From an uncultured Candidatus Saccharibacteria bacterium (GTDB taxonomy: Bacteria; Patescibacteriota; Dojkabacteria; J137), in NCBI GenBank assembly GCA_964620955.1, contig CAZUKH010000001.1, positions 190,810 through 254,809 on the forward strand: a stretch of 64,000 nt of DNA, written 5' to 3'. Positions 48,008 through 57,512 of the stretch are shown here, in pieces. The translations under genes and the position numbers were made by a program. The notes below the pieces were generated by a model. The model was not told the origin of the DNA. It saw nothing but the letters and a program-made list of their open reading frames with translations, and did no database searches. Each line of letters opens with the position of its first letter. The first letter of the stretch is position 1.

Positions 48008-49782
48008 ACACGATTTCACAACATTTACAAAGTATTTTAAAAGATATTGTTTTAAAGGAGTTTGGTGTACATGTTGAACCATCGTTAGAAAAGCCAAGGG
48101 ATCAAGCTTATGGTGATCTTTCTACTAATGTAGCAATGCAGATTGTAAAGAAGGTTAATGAAAAGGCAGAAGTGAAGATGAGTCCTCTAAAAATTGCTGA
48201 GAAGATTAAAGATGCTGTGAGTAAAAAGCTAGCAGAAGGCGACTCGAACATTGCCGCTGATGTAACAGTTGTGGCCCCTGGGTTTATAAACTTTAAGCTA
48301 GATGAATCAGTTTTTTCGGGAGTTTTAGAGGAGGTTTTGGAAAAAGGCGACAAGTTCGGGGCAGGAGAGGAATTAAAAGGCAAGAAAATTATGGTGGAGT
48401 TTGCTCACCCAAACCCTTTCAAAAGTTTTCATATTGGTCATTTACGAAATATCATTTTAGGAGAGTCCCTGGTCAGACTTATAGAATCTCAAGGAGCAGA
48501 AGTAATAAGAGTAAATTACCAAGGTGATGTTGGAATGCATATCGCAAAGTGTATTTGGGCCTTTAGAGCCATCTCTCCCGATTTATATCCAGTTACAGCA
48601 GATGAGAAGGTTAAACTTCTTGGAGAATCTTATACCAAAGGGGCTGCAGCATACGAAGAAAGTGAACTGGCTAAGTTGGAGATAAGAGAAATTAATAAAA
48701 AAATCTACTCAAGAGAAGACGAGGAGATCAACAAGCTCTGGAAAATAGGAAGGAGATGGAGTTTAGAGAAATTTCATGAAATATACAAACGTGTGGATTC
48801 AACCTTCCATAGAGAATACATGGAAACAGAAGTGATGGAGCTTGGGGTAAAAAAAGTTGCCGAAGCGAAAGAAAAGGGTGTTTTAAAAGAGAGTGAAGGA
48901 GCAATAATTTTTGATGGAAAGGGTTACGGATTAGATACAAGAGTTTTTTTAAATCGTGAGGGTTTGCCAACTTATGAAGGAAAAGAGCTAGGACTTGCTT
49001 TTATGGAGTTTACAGATTTTGGTGAAATAGATTTGTGTATTCATAACGTGGCAGTCGAACAAATAAGTTTTTTTAAAGTTACATTCAAAGTTCAGGAATT
49101 ATTAAATCCAGGCTTATTTAAGGGTAAGCAATATCACAATGCATATGAATTTGTAGGCTTGAAATCAGGTAAGATGTCTTCTCGAAGGGGAAATGTGGTC
49201 TTGGGCAATGATATTTTAAATGAGGCTAGAGACAAGATAAAAAAAGAGAGGGTTGTCTCTGAAGAGATTGCTGAAAAAGTTGGATTGGCAGCTGTTAAAT
49301 ACTCATTTTTGAGAGTTAGTCCTAAAACTTATTTGGCTTTTTCTATGGAAGAAAGTTTGAATTTCGAAGGCGATTCCGGGCCATATATTCTATACACATA
49401 CGCAAGGGCTATGTCTGTTATTAATAAGAAAGCAGCAAGCAGCTGGCAGCAGTCAGAAGGCAGCAAAAAGCAAGTAGATGGTAAAAACTCGAAGTTAGAA
49501 ATTCGAATAGAGAAGGCACATGAAGAGCTTGAAGTACTTAAAAAGATTTCAGAATTTCCTGAAGTAGTTAAGAAAGCTGCAACCGACTACGCACCTAACT
49601 ATGTATGTGCATATGTGTACGAATTGTGTCAAAAATTTAATCACTTTTATAACAGCATTTCTATTCTTAATGGTGAAGATGATAATACTAAGTACTTTAG
49701 AGTGGCATTAACGAGGGCAACAGCGCAGGTAATAAAAAATGCTCTAAGATTACTTGGTATTAATACTGTTGAAAAAATGTAA
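48004..49782 (+). CDS. argS: arginine--tRNA ligase
   Basis: HIGH-type motif PNPFKSFHIGHLRN, KMSS-like KMSSRRG and DALR anticodon-binding C-terminus. 592 aa. Confidence 0.9.
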   Translation: MNTISQHLQSILKDIVLKEFGVHVEPSLEKPRDQAYGDLSTNVAMQIVKKVNEKAEVKMSPLKIAEKIKDAVSKKLAEGDSNIAADVTVVAPGFINFKLDESVFSGVLEEVLEKGDKFGAGEELKGKKIMVEFAHPNPFKSFHIGHLRNIILGESLVRLIESQGAEVIRVNYQGDVGMHIAKCIWAFRAISPDLYPVTADEKVKLLGESYTKGAAAYEESELAKLEIREINKKIYSREDEEINKLWKIGRRWSLEKFHEIYKRVDSTFHREYMETEVMELGVKKVAEAKEKGVLKESEGAIIFDGKGYGLDTRVFLNREGLPTYEGKELGLAFMEFTDFGEIDLCIHNVAVEQISFFKVTFKVQELLNPGLFKGKQYHNAYEFVGLKSGKMSSRRGNVVLGNDILNEARDKIKKERVVSEEIAEKVGLAAVKYSFLRVSPKTYLAFSMEESLNFEGDSGPYILYTYARAMSVINKKAASSWQQSEGSKKQVDGKNSKLEIRIEKAHEELEVLKKISEFPEVVKKAATDYAPNYVCAYVYELCQKFNHFYNSISILNGEDDNTKYFRVALTRATAQVIKNALRLLGINTVEKM

Positions 49783-49787
49783 TAGCT

Positions 49788-50348
49788 TTACAAGTAAGTT
49801 CGTGGAGTTATTGCAATTGCAACAATACTTATAAAACATAAAAGGGCCATTACAAAAAACAACAAATCAAAGCCCGATGTTACAACTAAAGCTCCACCAA
49901 TTAGTGCCCCTATAGCTGATACTAAGTAATTCATTGTTTCCCAAGTGCCCCAGGCAGTACCTTCATGGCCTTTCTTAACATGATGAGAGTAGAGTGCATC
50001 ATGAGCGGGAAGGGAAACTGCATCTCCAAAACCTAAAATAATTTGAATTAATATTACCTCTTCTGTCGTTTTTGCAAATACTAGCAAAATATAGCCGAAG
50101 AAGATCATAAAGTAGCCTAGTAATAAAACGTATTCTTGCTCTTTAATTTTATCGGTAATTTTCCCGGTTATAAAGCTTGTTACTGCTGCTACTGTTGCAA
50201 ATACAGCAAACGTAACGCTTGCATCAAACAAGTTTCCGCCTTTGTCTTCAACAAAAATCGCAAATATTGGTCCAAGCATTGCTGCACAAAGCATTACAAG
50301 CCCTTGGGCTGAGAGTAAAAGTGTTAGCGGTGATAAAAATGATTTCAA
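49788..50348 (-). CDS. MFS-like six-TM membrane protein (half-size; possible fragment)
   Basis: 186 aa with 6 TM helices resembling one half of an MFS transporter. Abuts tRNA-Ser. Confidence 0.35.
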   Translation of the reverse strand: MKSFLSPLTLLLSAQGLVMLCAAMLGPIFAIFVEDKGGNLFDASVTFAVFATVAAVTSFITGKITDKIKEQEYVLLLGYFMIFFGYILLVFAKTTEEVILIQIILGFGDAVSLPAHDALYSHHVKKGHEGTAWGTWETMNYLVSAIGALIGGALVVTSGFDLLFFVMALLCFISIVAIAITPRTYL

Positions 50349-50406
50349 CTTAGATTTATGTTACCTAAACAAGATAAGCTAAATCTTAAATGATTTCAAA
50401 GGGGCT

Positions 50407-50494
50407 CGGAGAGTGAGGGGTTCGAACCCTCGTGACGCTTGCGCATCCAGCCGTTTTCGAGACGGAGCCGTTATGACCGCTTCGGTAACTCTCC
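50407..50494 (-). tRNA. tRNA-Ser (anticodon CGA)
   Basis: Manual fold: acceptor GGAGAGT/ACTCTCC, T-arm GAGGG-TTCGAAC-CCCTC, anticodon loop CTCGAAA, long variable arm. No encoded CCA. Confidence 0.75.
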
Positions 50495-50767
50495 ATTTAT
50501 AGTATCGAACATGTTCTTTAGTAAGAACTGTATTCGTTCACGACCCTTTCCAGCTTTCAGGAAGCTTTCTTCCTTTTGAGCATCAAGTTTAACAACAAAG
50601 CCTCGTATATAGACCACTCCATATGGTAAACCCTTGGCGGTAAATGGAACAAGGCCTGAGCTGTGTTGAGACAGCCTTCTTTTAAAATTTACCGTAAGAA
50701 CAGTATAAAACGTTTTTAATTTATGATTATATAAAATATATGCATACTCCTTAAGAGATTTTAACAT
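50471..50767 (-). CDS. GIY-YIG nuclease-domain small protein
   Basis: YAYILYN...KTFYTVLTVNFKRRLSQHSSG matches GIY...YIG..R. Its 3' end overlaps the tRNA-Ser 5' end by 24 nt. Confidence 0.6.
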   Translation of the reverse strand: MLKSLKEYAYILYNHKLKTFYTVLTVNFKRRLSQHSSGLVPFTAKGLPYGVVYIRGFVVKLDAQKEESFLKAGKGRERIQFLLKNMFDTINGELPKRS

Positions 50768-50952
50768 GTGGTTTATATGGTAATGAAAAACTGAGCTTTA
50801 ACCACAAGGTTTATAACCCCATATGATAATAAAGGACATAACTCAAGCTACCCTACAAGTAAGTATTAAAACTTGCGGTTGGTATTTTTGTATCATTAAC
50901 TATACAATTTTAACCTAGTTTCGTTTATTCAAATTTGCAAAAGGACTGCATT

Positions 50953-51630
50953 TTATTTATCCTCGCACAAATTAATTAAGTTGTTTATAAATTCATTTAT
51001 ATTTTTTCTTTCAGTAAAGAGTTTTTTTGCTTTCGGAATAAGCTTTTGGTGATCTTTATATGGAATTTCTCCAACATGACTCTGTAAAGGAAGAAATACA
51101 CCTTGAGATAAAACAACATTATTAAAGACCTCGGATGCACTCCAGTAGGGTTCTAAGTCAATACTATTGATATTAAGATTTAAGCTTATATACTCGCTGA
51201 AGTAAAAATGCATAATTTCGTGCATATACATGCTTTCGACATTTTTTTCATTAATGTATGGGTTGAAAGTTTTTGATTTTATGTTTCTTGGATTTAGTTC
51301 AACTAAAGAAGGGAAAGATGTAATCATAAAGTCATTAAATTCGTATTTAAATAATTTTCTTACTGCATCGATAAAACTGTTTTCCACCAGTCCCCATACT
51401 ATAGATGCTTTATTAGAATACTCTTTCAAATTTTCTAAATTGGACTTAAAAGCTTCTTCAGTAGCATTTAGTATTTCTTCCCAGCCTGAGTCACTTCGAA
51501 GATTAGCATATGTCTTAGTTATTCTTGATGCAAACTCATTACCACCCTTTAAGGTATCAAACTTTAAAAAACCATATATCATTACGGCTTCATCATATAC
51601 AGATATTTTATGTTTCAGGTTAATCTTCAT
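50953..51630 (-). CDS. hypothetical protein with HEXXH motif (possible metallopeptidase-like)
   Basis: HEIMH motif. No further family assignment. Confidence 0.35.
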   Translation of the reverse strand: MKINLKHKISVYDEAVMIYGFLKFDTLKGGNEFASRITKTYANLRSDSGWEEILNATEEAFKSNLENLKEYSNKASIVWGLVENSFIDAVRKLFKYEFNDFMITSFPSLVELNPRNIKSKTFNPYINEKNVESMYMHEIMHFYFSEYISLNLNINSIDLEPYWSASEVFNNVVLSQGVFLPLQSHVGEIPYKDHQKLIPKAKKLFTERKNINEFINNLINLCEDK

Positions 51631-51683
51631 ATTTAAATTTTAAAAGTTTACGTACTACAGCTTTGATTATTTGTAAACTCTAC

Positions 51684-51757
51684 TACGCTAGAGAGGACTC
51701 GAACCTCTAACCGCTTCCTCCGCAAGGAAGTGCTCTATCCAATTGAGCTACTAGCGC
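51684..51757 (-). tRNA. tRNA-Arg (anticodon read as GCG)
   Basis: Manual fold: acceptor GCGCTAG/CTAGCGT, D-arm GCTC-AATTGGATA-GAGC (A20 present), anticodon stem CTTCC/GGAAG with loop TTGCGGA, T-arm AGAGG-TTCGAGT-CCTCT. Confidence 0.7.
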
Positions 51758-51804
51758 TAGTTAATTGCGGTAATTATACCGCAGGTAGGAGTATTTAAGA
51801 TAAC

Positions 51805-52392
51805 TTAAATCTTTTTCTTTTCTTTCACATACTCCTCTTGGCTGGGAGTTTCATCCGGCAAAAAATATGAAATATCTATATATCTACCCCTTGTAAACCT
51901 AGCGAATATATTAAATCCAATTTCTGTCTTATCTCCGTAGTCTACATGCGGTATTAGTACAAAAAATATCTTTTCAAAATCTTCATTGGAACAAATGAGA
52001 GATAAAGACTGTGTTTTAGTTTGAGAGAGTTTTTTATTAATTACTTCAAGATTTAAATAAGTAATACCGGCATTATGTGAAAACCAGTAGTGTTTTATAT
52101 CTTTCCACTTATATAGTTTGTCGTATGCTTTAACCCCAATAGAAGTTATTTGAATGTCCATAACTTCGGGGGGCCTTACTGCCTGTACAAACCATAAAAA
52201 GGCAAAGGCTATAACAGCCATAATAAGCATAAACTCTGAAAGTATTGCCAGTATAAAAATAATTACTAAGAAAAATAACGAAAAGGTTACAAACCAAGCT
52301 TTTTCGCGCTTAATCCAGTATCGCTCGGGGGTTTCCCATTCGTACAAAACTTCAAAAGTTGAATCTATTTTCGTAAATAGTTTTTTTGGCAT
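51805..52392 (-). CDS. hypothetical membrane protein
   Basis: 195 aa with two central TM helices. Confidence 0.35.
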   Translation of the reverse strand: MPKKLFTKIDSTFEVLYEWETPERYWIKREKAWFVTFSLFFLVIIFILAILSEFMLIMAVIAFAFLWFVQAVRPPEVMDIQITSIGVKAYDKLYKWKDIKHYWFSHNAGITYLNLEVINKKLSQTKTQSLSLICSNEDFEKIFFVLIPHVDYGDKTEIGFNIFARFTRGRYIDISYFLPDETPSQEEYVKEKKKI

Positions 52393-52410
52393 ATGTTAAG
52401 TATACCTGAA

Positions 52411-54297
52411 TCATTTCTTAATATGTAACCTTCTTGCCCGACTAACTATTACTAGTGCTATGACTATCAAAAGAGGTAGCATCAAAATAATATTTCTCGT
52501 AATTTGGGATTCAACCCCAAAATTTATAAGTAATGTGTTTACTCCAGTTACCACAGCCGTAAGGTAAATACCTAGAGTCTTTATAACAAGCTGAACCCCT
52601 TTTGGGTCTTGGTAATTGCTAAGTACCTGTTCTTGAGTTTGCCCAGTAGATAAACCCTCAAGGCTACCTATAATGCTTATATCCATTCTTCTGTCTATTT
52701 GCCCTTGTAATTCGCCCACATAAGAAAGCTGGCTGGTACTTGGGGTATTTGGGTCTAATGACGCAACATGGGTTAGAAAGTGGTTTAAATCTCCCCCGAG
52801 TATTTCGTTGCCAAAATCTCCCCAGGTGGTATCAATTGATACCCATCTGTTTTGAGCAGGGTAGTAAACTTCTGCCCACTGATGATTAATATCGTTAGTT
52901 TCATTTACAATAAAGTCAAGAGATCCATACCCAAAACCGAATGCTGCCCGTGCTGGAATGCCTTGTGCTCTCAACAGGGCGATAAAAAGGTCTGAGTACT
53001 CCATACATACTGCCGCACTTCCTTTTAAAGTTGCCAACGCCCCCTGGCGTTCGTTAAGCCCGAATTTCTTTACAAAACTATAGTCTATTTTTTTAATAAC
53101 AAAGTCGTATGTGCTTTGAACAATTTCGAATATGTTTGTTTTATTGGCTTTGAGTAATTCGGCTTGTTTAAGCAATTCTAGGTTGTCGGATTCCCAGTAA
53201 ATAGCAGGCTGTAGGTAGTCACTCATTTGGCTAGGTATTATGTCAATATCACCCGAGTTTTTAATATCAAAAGTTAAATCACTTTCCAAAACTGCATAAC
53301 CTTCGATTAAAATTTTTTGATTAGCTGATGCAGAGTATCGATATTCAAACATGAGATTATTGTCTTTATCTGTGAAAACTTTAAATGGGGCTGGGCTAAT
53401 GTTTGTGAAATAAACTTTTTGGGTAATTCCACCAGTTTGTGTATCTCTTGGTACTGGAAGCACGGAGCTGTTGATTGCAGCAAAAAAACTTGAAGTAGAA
53501 GGAAGGTTTTTTTCTATTTTAAACTTAAAATATTGCTTTGTTCCAATTTGAACCCATGTGCTTTTACCTGAAAAACTTTCTTGTGAGATATCGAATTTAT
53601 AAAAAGTATCTAATTCTTCGTAGGTGTTTTTGGGTTGTGTAAAATTGATTGAGCCAAGGCTTTTGGGTATGTTTAAAACTGTTTTAACTATTTTTTGTGT
53701 AGTACTTGAATCTTCTAAATATCCTTCAGGAAATCCAGGAATATAAACATCTTTTACTGCTCCGGCTGTTTGCATCAACCCATAAGAGTTATATTGTAAG
53801 TTAAAGGTCTCACTTGTTTGGCTTGTTATTGTTTGTGGAATTATAATTTTTAGAATTTCATTGGAATTATCTGTTGGCTCAACTTTAAACGCTACGGGGT
53901 TACCTGACTTGTCTGTTAAAACAATTGATTCAATAGTTTTTTTCTTTTTTGTTTCATAACTGGGGTCTTCTTTTGCAGGGTGAAATATAGTGAATGATTC
54001 TTCAGCTCCTGCCGGCACTTGGAAAAGAGGGCTAATTATTGAAGTTGTTTTTGATTCTGTAACTTTTACAAAATCTTCCGAAACCTCGAAATTTCTGTTG
54101 TGCTCGGAAAGGATTATTGCGGCACTAACGGTTGTTTTTAACTTTATTAATAACAATGCTATAAGCGCTAATATTAAAATGCTAATCTTTAGTTTTAGCA
54201 ATAATCCAGTCACGTTATGGTTGAAGATTAGTTTATTTAGTCTTGGCTCTTGTTTATAGGCTTGTGGGGTTTGACAACGCAACAATAAATTATACAT
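52411..54297 (-). CDS. transglutaminase-like superfamily membrane protein
   Basis: N- and C-terminal TM segments. Core AAVCMEYSDLFIALLRAQGIPAR (catalytic Cys context of transglutaminase-like cysteine proteases) plus downstream His/Asp. Confidence 0.6.
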   Translation of the reverse strand: MYNLLLRCQTPQAYKQEPRLNKLIFNHNVTGLLLKLKISILILALIALLLIKLKTTVSAAIILSEHNRNFEVSEDFVKVTESKTTSIISPLFQVPAGAEESFTIFHPAKEDPSYETKKKKTIESIVLTDKSGNPVAFKVEPTDNSNEILKIIIPQTITSQTSETFNLQYNSYGLMQTAGAVKDVYIPGFPEGYLEDSSTTQKIVKTVLNIPKSLGSINFTQPKNTYEELDTFYKFDISQESFSGKSTWVQIGTKQYFKFKIEKNLPSTSSFFAAINSSVLPVPRDTQTGGITQKVYFTNISPAPFKVFTDKDNNLMFEYRYSASANQKILIEGYAVLESDLTFDIKNSGDIDIIPSQMSDYLQPAIYWESDNLELLKQAELLKANKTNIFEIVQSTYDFVIKKIDYSFVKKFGLNERQGALATLKGSAAVCMEYSDLFIALLRAQGIPARAAFGFGYGSLDFIVNETNDINHQWAEVYYPAQNRWVSIDTTWGDFGNEILGGDLNHFLTHVASLDPNTPSTSQLSYVGELQGQIDRRMDISIIGSLEGLSTGQTQEQVLSNYQDPKGVQLVIKTLGIYLTAVVTGVNTLLINFGVESQITRNIILMLPLLIVIALVIVSRARRLHIKK

Positions 54298-54347
54298 AAC
54301 ATGATTTTAGCAGATGAATAATTAAAAATATTATTTGTTTTTTAAAC

Positions 54348-54728
54348 TTGCGTAAACTTAATTTAATGAGCTATACTCCTTGCGTGAGCGAACAAACTAC
54401 TGCAATTGTAATGCCGGAAATTGACGCAGGTGGCAACCACAAAATTGAAACGGTGCAAGGATGCCCTCCAGGCTGTCCCTTCCTTCAACATCATCCTTAC
54501 CATGGAGGGCTTTGTAAAGCTTCGGAACTTTTAAATAATGGACCAACTAAAGCTTCAAACGGATCAGGTGAAACTACACTTGATATTTTAAAAACATTTG
54601 CATTAACTAATGAGTGTCCAATGGGATTACGGGTTATGCCTGAAGGTAAGAGTTTTTTGAAAGTAAATTTTGGTGGTGAAACTTACCACCTCGGATTGCT
54701 AAAGCAGCGAGACCATTTAGAGTTTTAA
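54348..54728 (+). CDS. small Cys4 protein (paralog A), unknown function
   Basis: 126 aa with GCPPGCPFLQ plus two further Cys (..GGLC.., ..NECP..). Locally GC-elevated. Confidence 0.4.
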   Translation: MRKLNLMSYTPCVSEQTTAIVMPEIDAGGNHKIETVQGCPPGCPFLQHHPYHGGLCKASELLNNGPTKASNGSGETTLDILKTFALTNECPMGLRVMPEGKSFLKVNFGGETYHLGLLKQRDHLEF

Positions 54729-54736
54729 TAAATACT

Positions 54737-55207
54737 ATGGCTAATCAAGATGATCCATTAATTGTTGACGCCGTACTTAACTATGTACCTAGTGGTTTCA
54801 AATTACAAGAAACCATCACTTACTACCCACATGGTTGCTTGAATTGTCCTTTTCACCAAATAAGAGCTGAAATTGATAATTTTGCTGGACACCCTATATA
54901 TGTGATTTCAGCTTGCACTCTTGGTGAAGCAATAGAACAATCTGCAACAAGACATCAAGGCGACTTTAACCCTGGAGAAGATGTCGAAATAATTCTGCTT
55001 GCTATTGCCGATCTTCTTGGCAGCCCAGGGAAGCTTGTAGTTTTGGAGCAATGCCCTTCAGAGATATCAATGTTGCGTGCATATCACCCAGTAAAATTTG
55101 GAAACCAGCACCTTTTTATATTATTCCCGGTTTCAGCCGACGCCGGTGCCGAGTTTTCAAAAACCCCTCACTTAGTTTTTGCTTTTGAGCTTCCAAGCGA
55201 GAGCTAA
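54737..55207 (+). CDS. small Cys4 protein (paralog B), unknown function
   Basis: 156 aa with GCLNCPFHQ plus ..SAC.. and ..EQCP... Same Cys pattern as the upstream gene; 8-nt gap to it. Confidence 0.4.
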   Translation: MANQDDPLIVDAVLNYVPSGFKLQETITYYPHGCLNCPFHQIRAEIDNFAGHPIYVISACTLGEAIEQSATRHQGDFNPGEDVEIILLAIADLLGSPGKLVVLEQCPSEISMLRAYHPVKFGNQHLFILFPVSADAGAEFSKTPHLVFAFELPSES

Positions 55208-55239
55208 TAGTTAAAGATATTAGATAATCTAATATCTTT

Positions 55240-57462
55240 TTGCTTTTAGTTTTCCCTTTTTACTTTCTTCCTCTTTTAGTAACCTTTAAAAGTATTCATG
55301 TTAAACTGTTTAATATGTTAAATCTTACAGACTTTAACCCACAACAAAAGGAAGCAATCGAAACAACCGAAGGGCCTTTGCTTGTGCTGGCAGGGGCTGG
55401 TTCAGGAAAAACTCGCGTTTTAACTCATAGAATAGCTTATATTTTAGATACTGGACTCGCTAACCCTGAAAATATACTTGCAGTTACATTTACCAATAAA
55501 GCTGCAGGTGAAATGAAACAAAGAATAGCAACCATTTTGACAAGCCAACAAAGTGAAGTTAGAACAAATAAGTATAAGTTACAAGTTCCTAGCTGGGTAG
55601 GAACATTTCACTCAATAGGAGTAAGAATTCTAAAGCTTTATGGAGAGCAAGTAGGGGTTGGCACTAACTTTTCAATTTATGATTCCTCTGATCAAACAAT
55701 GCTGGTTAAAGAGTCAATGAAAGATTTAGATATTTCTACAAAAGAAGTCAACCCCAATGCTGTTCATCACTATATTTCTTCGGCAAAAAATGAGCTAATT
55801 AGCCCGTTGGACTATCAATCTTATGCCCAGGGCTATTTTCAACAAATTGTTGCAGATGTTTACGCAGTATATGAAAAAAAACTTAGAGAAAATAACGCTG
55901 TTGACTTTGATGATTTAATATTATTAATGATTAAACTTTTTGAACAAAACTCTGTAGTACTCTCAAACTTTCAGGAGCAATTTTTATATATACTTGTTGA
56001 TGAGTATCAAGATACCAACCATGCACAATATCAGCTAATCAAGATGTTGTCTCAAAAACATAAAAATATTTGTGCTGTAGGAGATGATGATCAAAGCATT
56101 TATTCATTTAGAGGTGCAAATATAAAAAATATTTTAAATTTTGAAAGAGGTTACCCAAATTGCACAATTATTAAACTTGAGCAAAACTATCGCTCTACCA
56201 AAACGATTCTTGAGGCTTCTTACAATGTAATTAGCAAAAATAAACAAAGAAAAGATAAAAAGCTTTGGACAAATAATACCTCTGGGTCAAAAATATTAGT
56301 TTATACAGCAAGAGATGAAAAAGATGAGGGCAGATGGGTAGTCGATAAAATAAAAGAAGAGCAGAGTAAAGGTGTAAGCTTTAATGATTTTGCGGTGCTT
56401 TATCGAACAAATGCTCAATCGAGAGCGCTTGAAGAAGCTTTTATTAACTCAGCAACTCCATACAATATTGTTGGTGGTGTTAGATTTTATGAAAGAAAGG
56501 AAATTAAAGATGTACTTGCATACCTTAAGTTGCTTGTAAATGGGAAAGATAGAACAAGCTTTGAAAGAGTAATAAACGTTCCAAGGCGTGGCATTGGGCC
56601 GAAAGCTGTAGAAGAAATATATGTGGTAGCTAAAAGAAATGGCATAAACCCTGTGGAAGTTATTAAAGAAGGAAAAATGCATGACATAACTAATGCAAAA
56701 GTTATTCAATTTGGAGAATTACTTACCAGGCTTGTTAATAAGATGGATAGTATGAATCTTATCGAATTTATAAATTACCTGTTGGAATCAACAGGTTATA
56801 TAAAAATGCTTGAAGATGGTTCAGCTGAAAATGAAGCTAGAATTGAAAATATTAAGGAGCTTATAACCGTTGCCTCTAAGTTTGCTGACTTAGAAATTAA
56901 AGAAGCCTTAGAGTTATTTTTAGAGGAAGTATCGTTACTAGAGGGCGCAGTTGAAAACGTGAACCAAAACGAAAAAGTTACACTTATGACAATTCACGCT
57001 GCAAAAGGGTTGGAATTTCCGCACGTTTTTGTGGTTGGCGTTGAAGAAAACCTTTTCCCACATGCAAATTCTGCGGTTGATGAAAAAGAACTTGAAGAAG
57101 AAAGAAGGCTTGCCTATGTTGCAATAACAAGGGCCAAGCAAAACCTTTACCTTACGCATGCAGCAAATAGAATGTATTTCGGAAAACCATCTGCAAACAG
57201 GGCTTCACGATTTCTTGAAGATATAAGTACAGATTTGATTCAAGTTGAAGGGGTTGTTGATTCTGCATTCAACTTTAATCATTTTGATATAGAAGAGAGT
57301 GATTACCATATAGATTTGAAACCTGGTGACAGGGTTAAACATGAGTATTTTGGACAAGGAGTAGTCAAATCCATTGATGACGAGGTAATCATAGTAGATT
57401 TCGGAGCATCTTATGGCCTAAAAGAACTTATGATTGAGTATGCGAAGCTAAGTAAAAACTAA
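55240..57462 (+). CDS. uvrD: ATP-dependent DNA helicase UvrD/PcrA
   Basis: Helicase motifs I (AGAGSGKT), II (DEYQDTN) and others through VI. The likely true start is the internal Met at about 55315 (MLNLTDFNPQQ...). Confidence 0.9.
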   Translation: MLLVFPFYFLPLLVTFKSIHVKLFNMLNLTDFNPQQKEAIETTEGPLLVLAGAGSGKTRVLTHRIAYILDTGLANPENILAVTFTNKAAGEMKQRIATILTSQQSEVRTNKYKLQVPSWVGTFHSIGVRILKLYGEQVGVGTNFSIYDSSDQTMLVKESMKDLDISTKEVNPNAVHHYISSAKNELISPLDYQSYAQGYFQQIVADVYAVYEKKLRENNAVDFDDLILLMIKLFEQNSVVLSNFQEQFLYILVDEYQDTNHAQYQLIKMLSQKHKNICAVGDDDQSIYSFRGANIKNILNFERGYPNCTIIKLEQNYRSTKTILEASYNVISKNKQRKDKKLWTNNTSGSKILVYTARDEKDEGRWVVDKIKEEQSKGVSFNDFAVLYRTNAQSRALEEAFINSATPYNIVGGVRFYERKEIKDVLAYLKLLVNGKDRTSFERVINVPRRGIGPKAVEEIYVVAKRNGINPVEVIKEGKMHDITNAKVIQFGELLTRLVNKMDSMNLIEFINYLLESTGYIKMLEDGSAENEARIENIKELITVASKFADLEIKEALELFLEEVSLLEGAVENVNQNEKVTLMTIHAAKGLEFPHVFVVGVEENLFPHANSAVDEKELEEERRLAYVAITRAKQNLYLTHAANRMYFGKPSANRASRFLEDISTDLIQVEGVVDSAFNFNHFDIEESDYHIDLKPGDRVKHEYFGQGVVKSIDDEVIIVDFGASYGLKELMIEYAKLSKN

Positions 57463-57512
57463 TAACTAAAAACAAAAAACTTTAGAAGCCAGAAAGTATG
57501 CTAAAATAGTAA

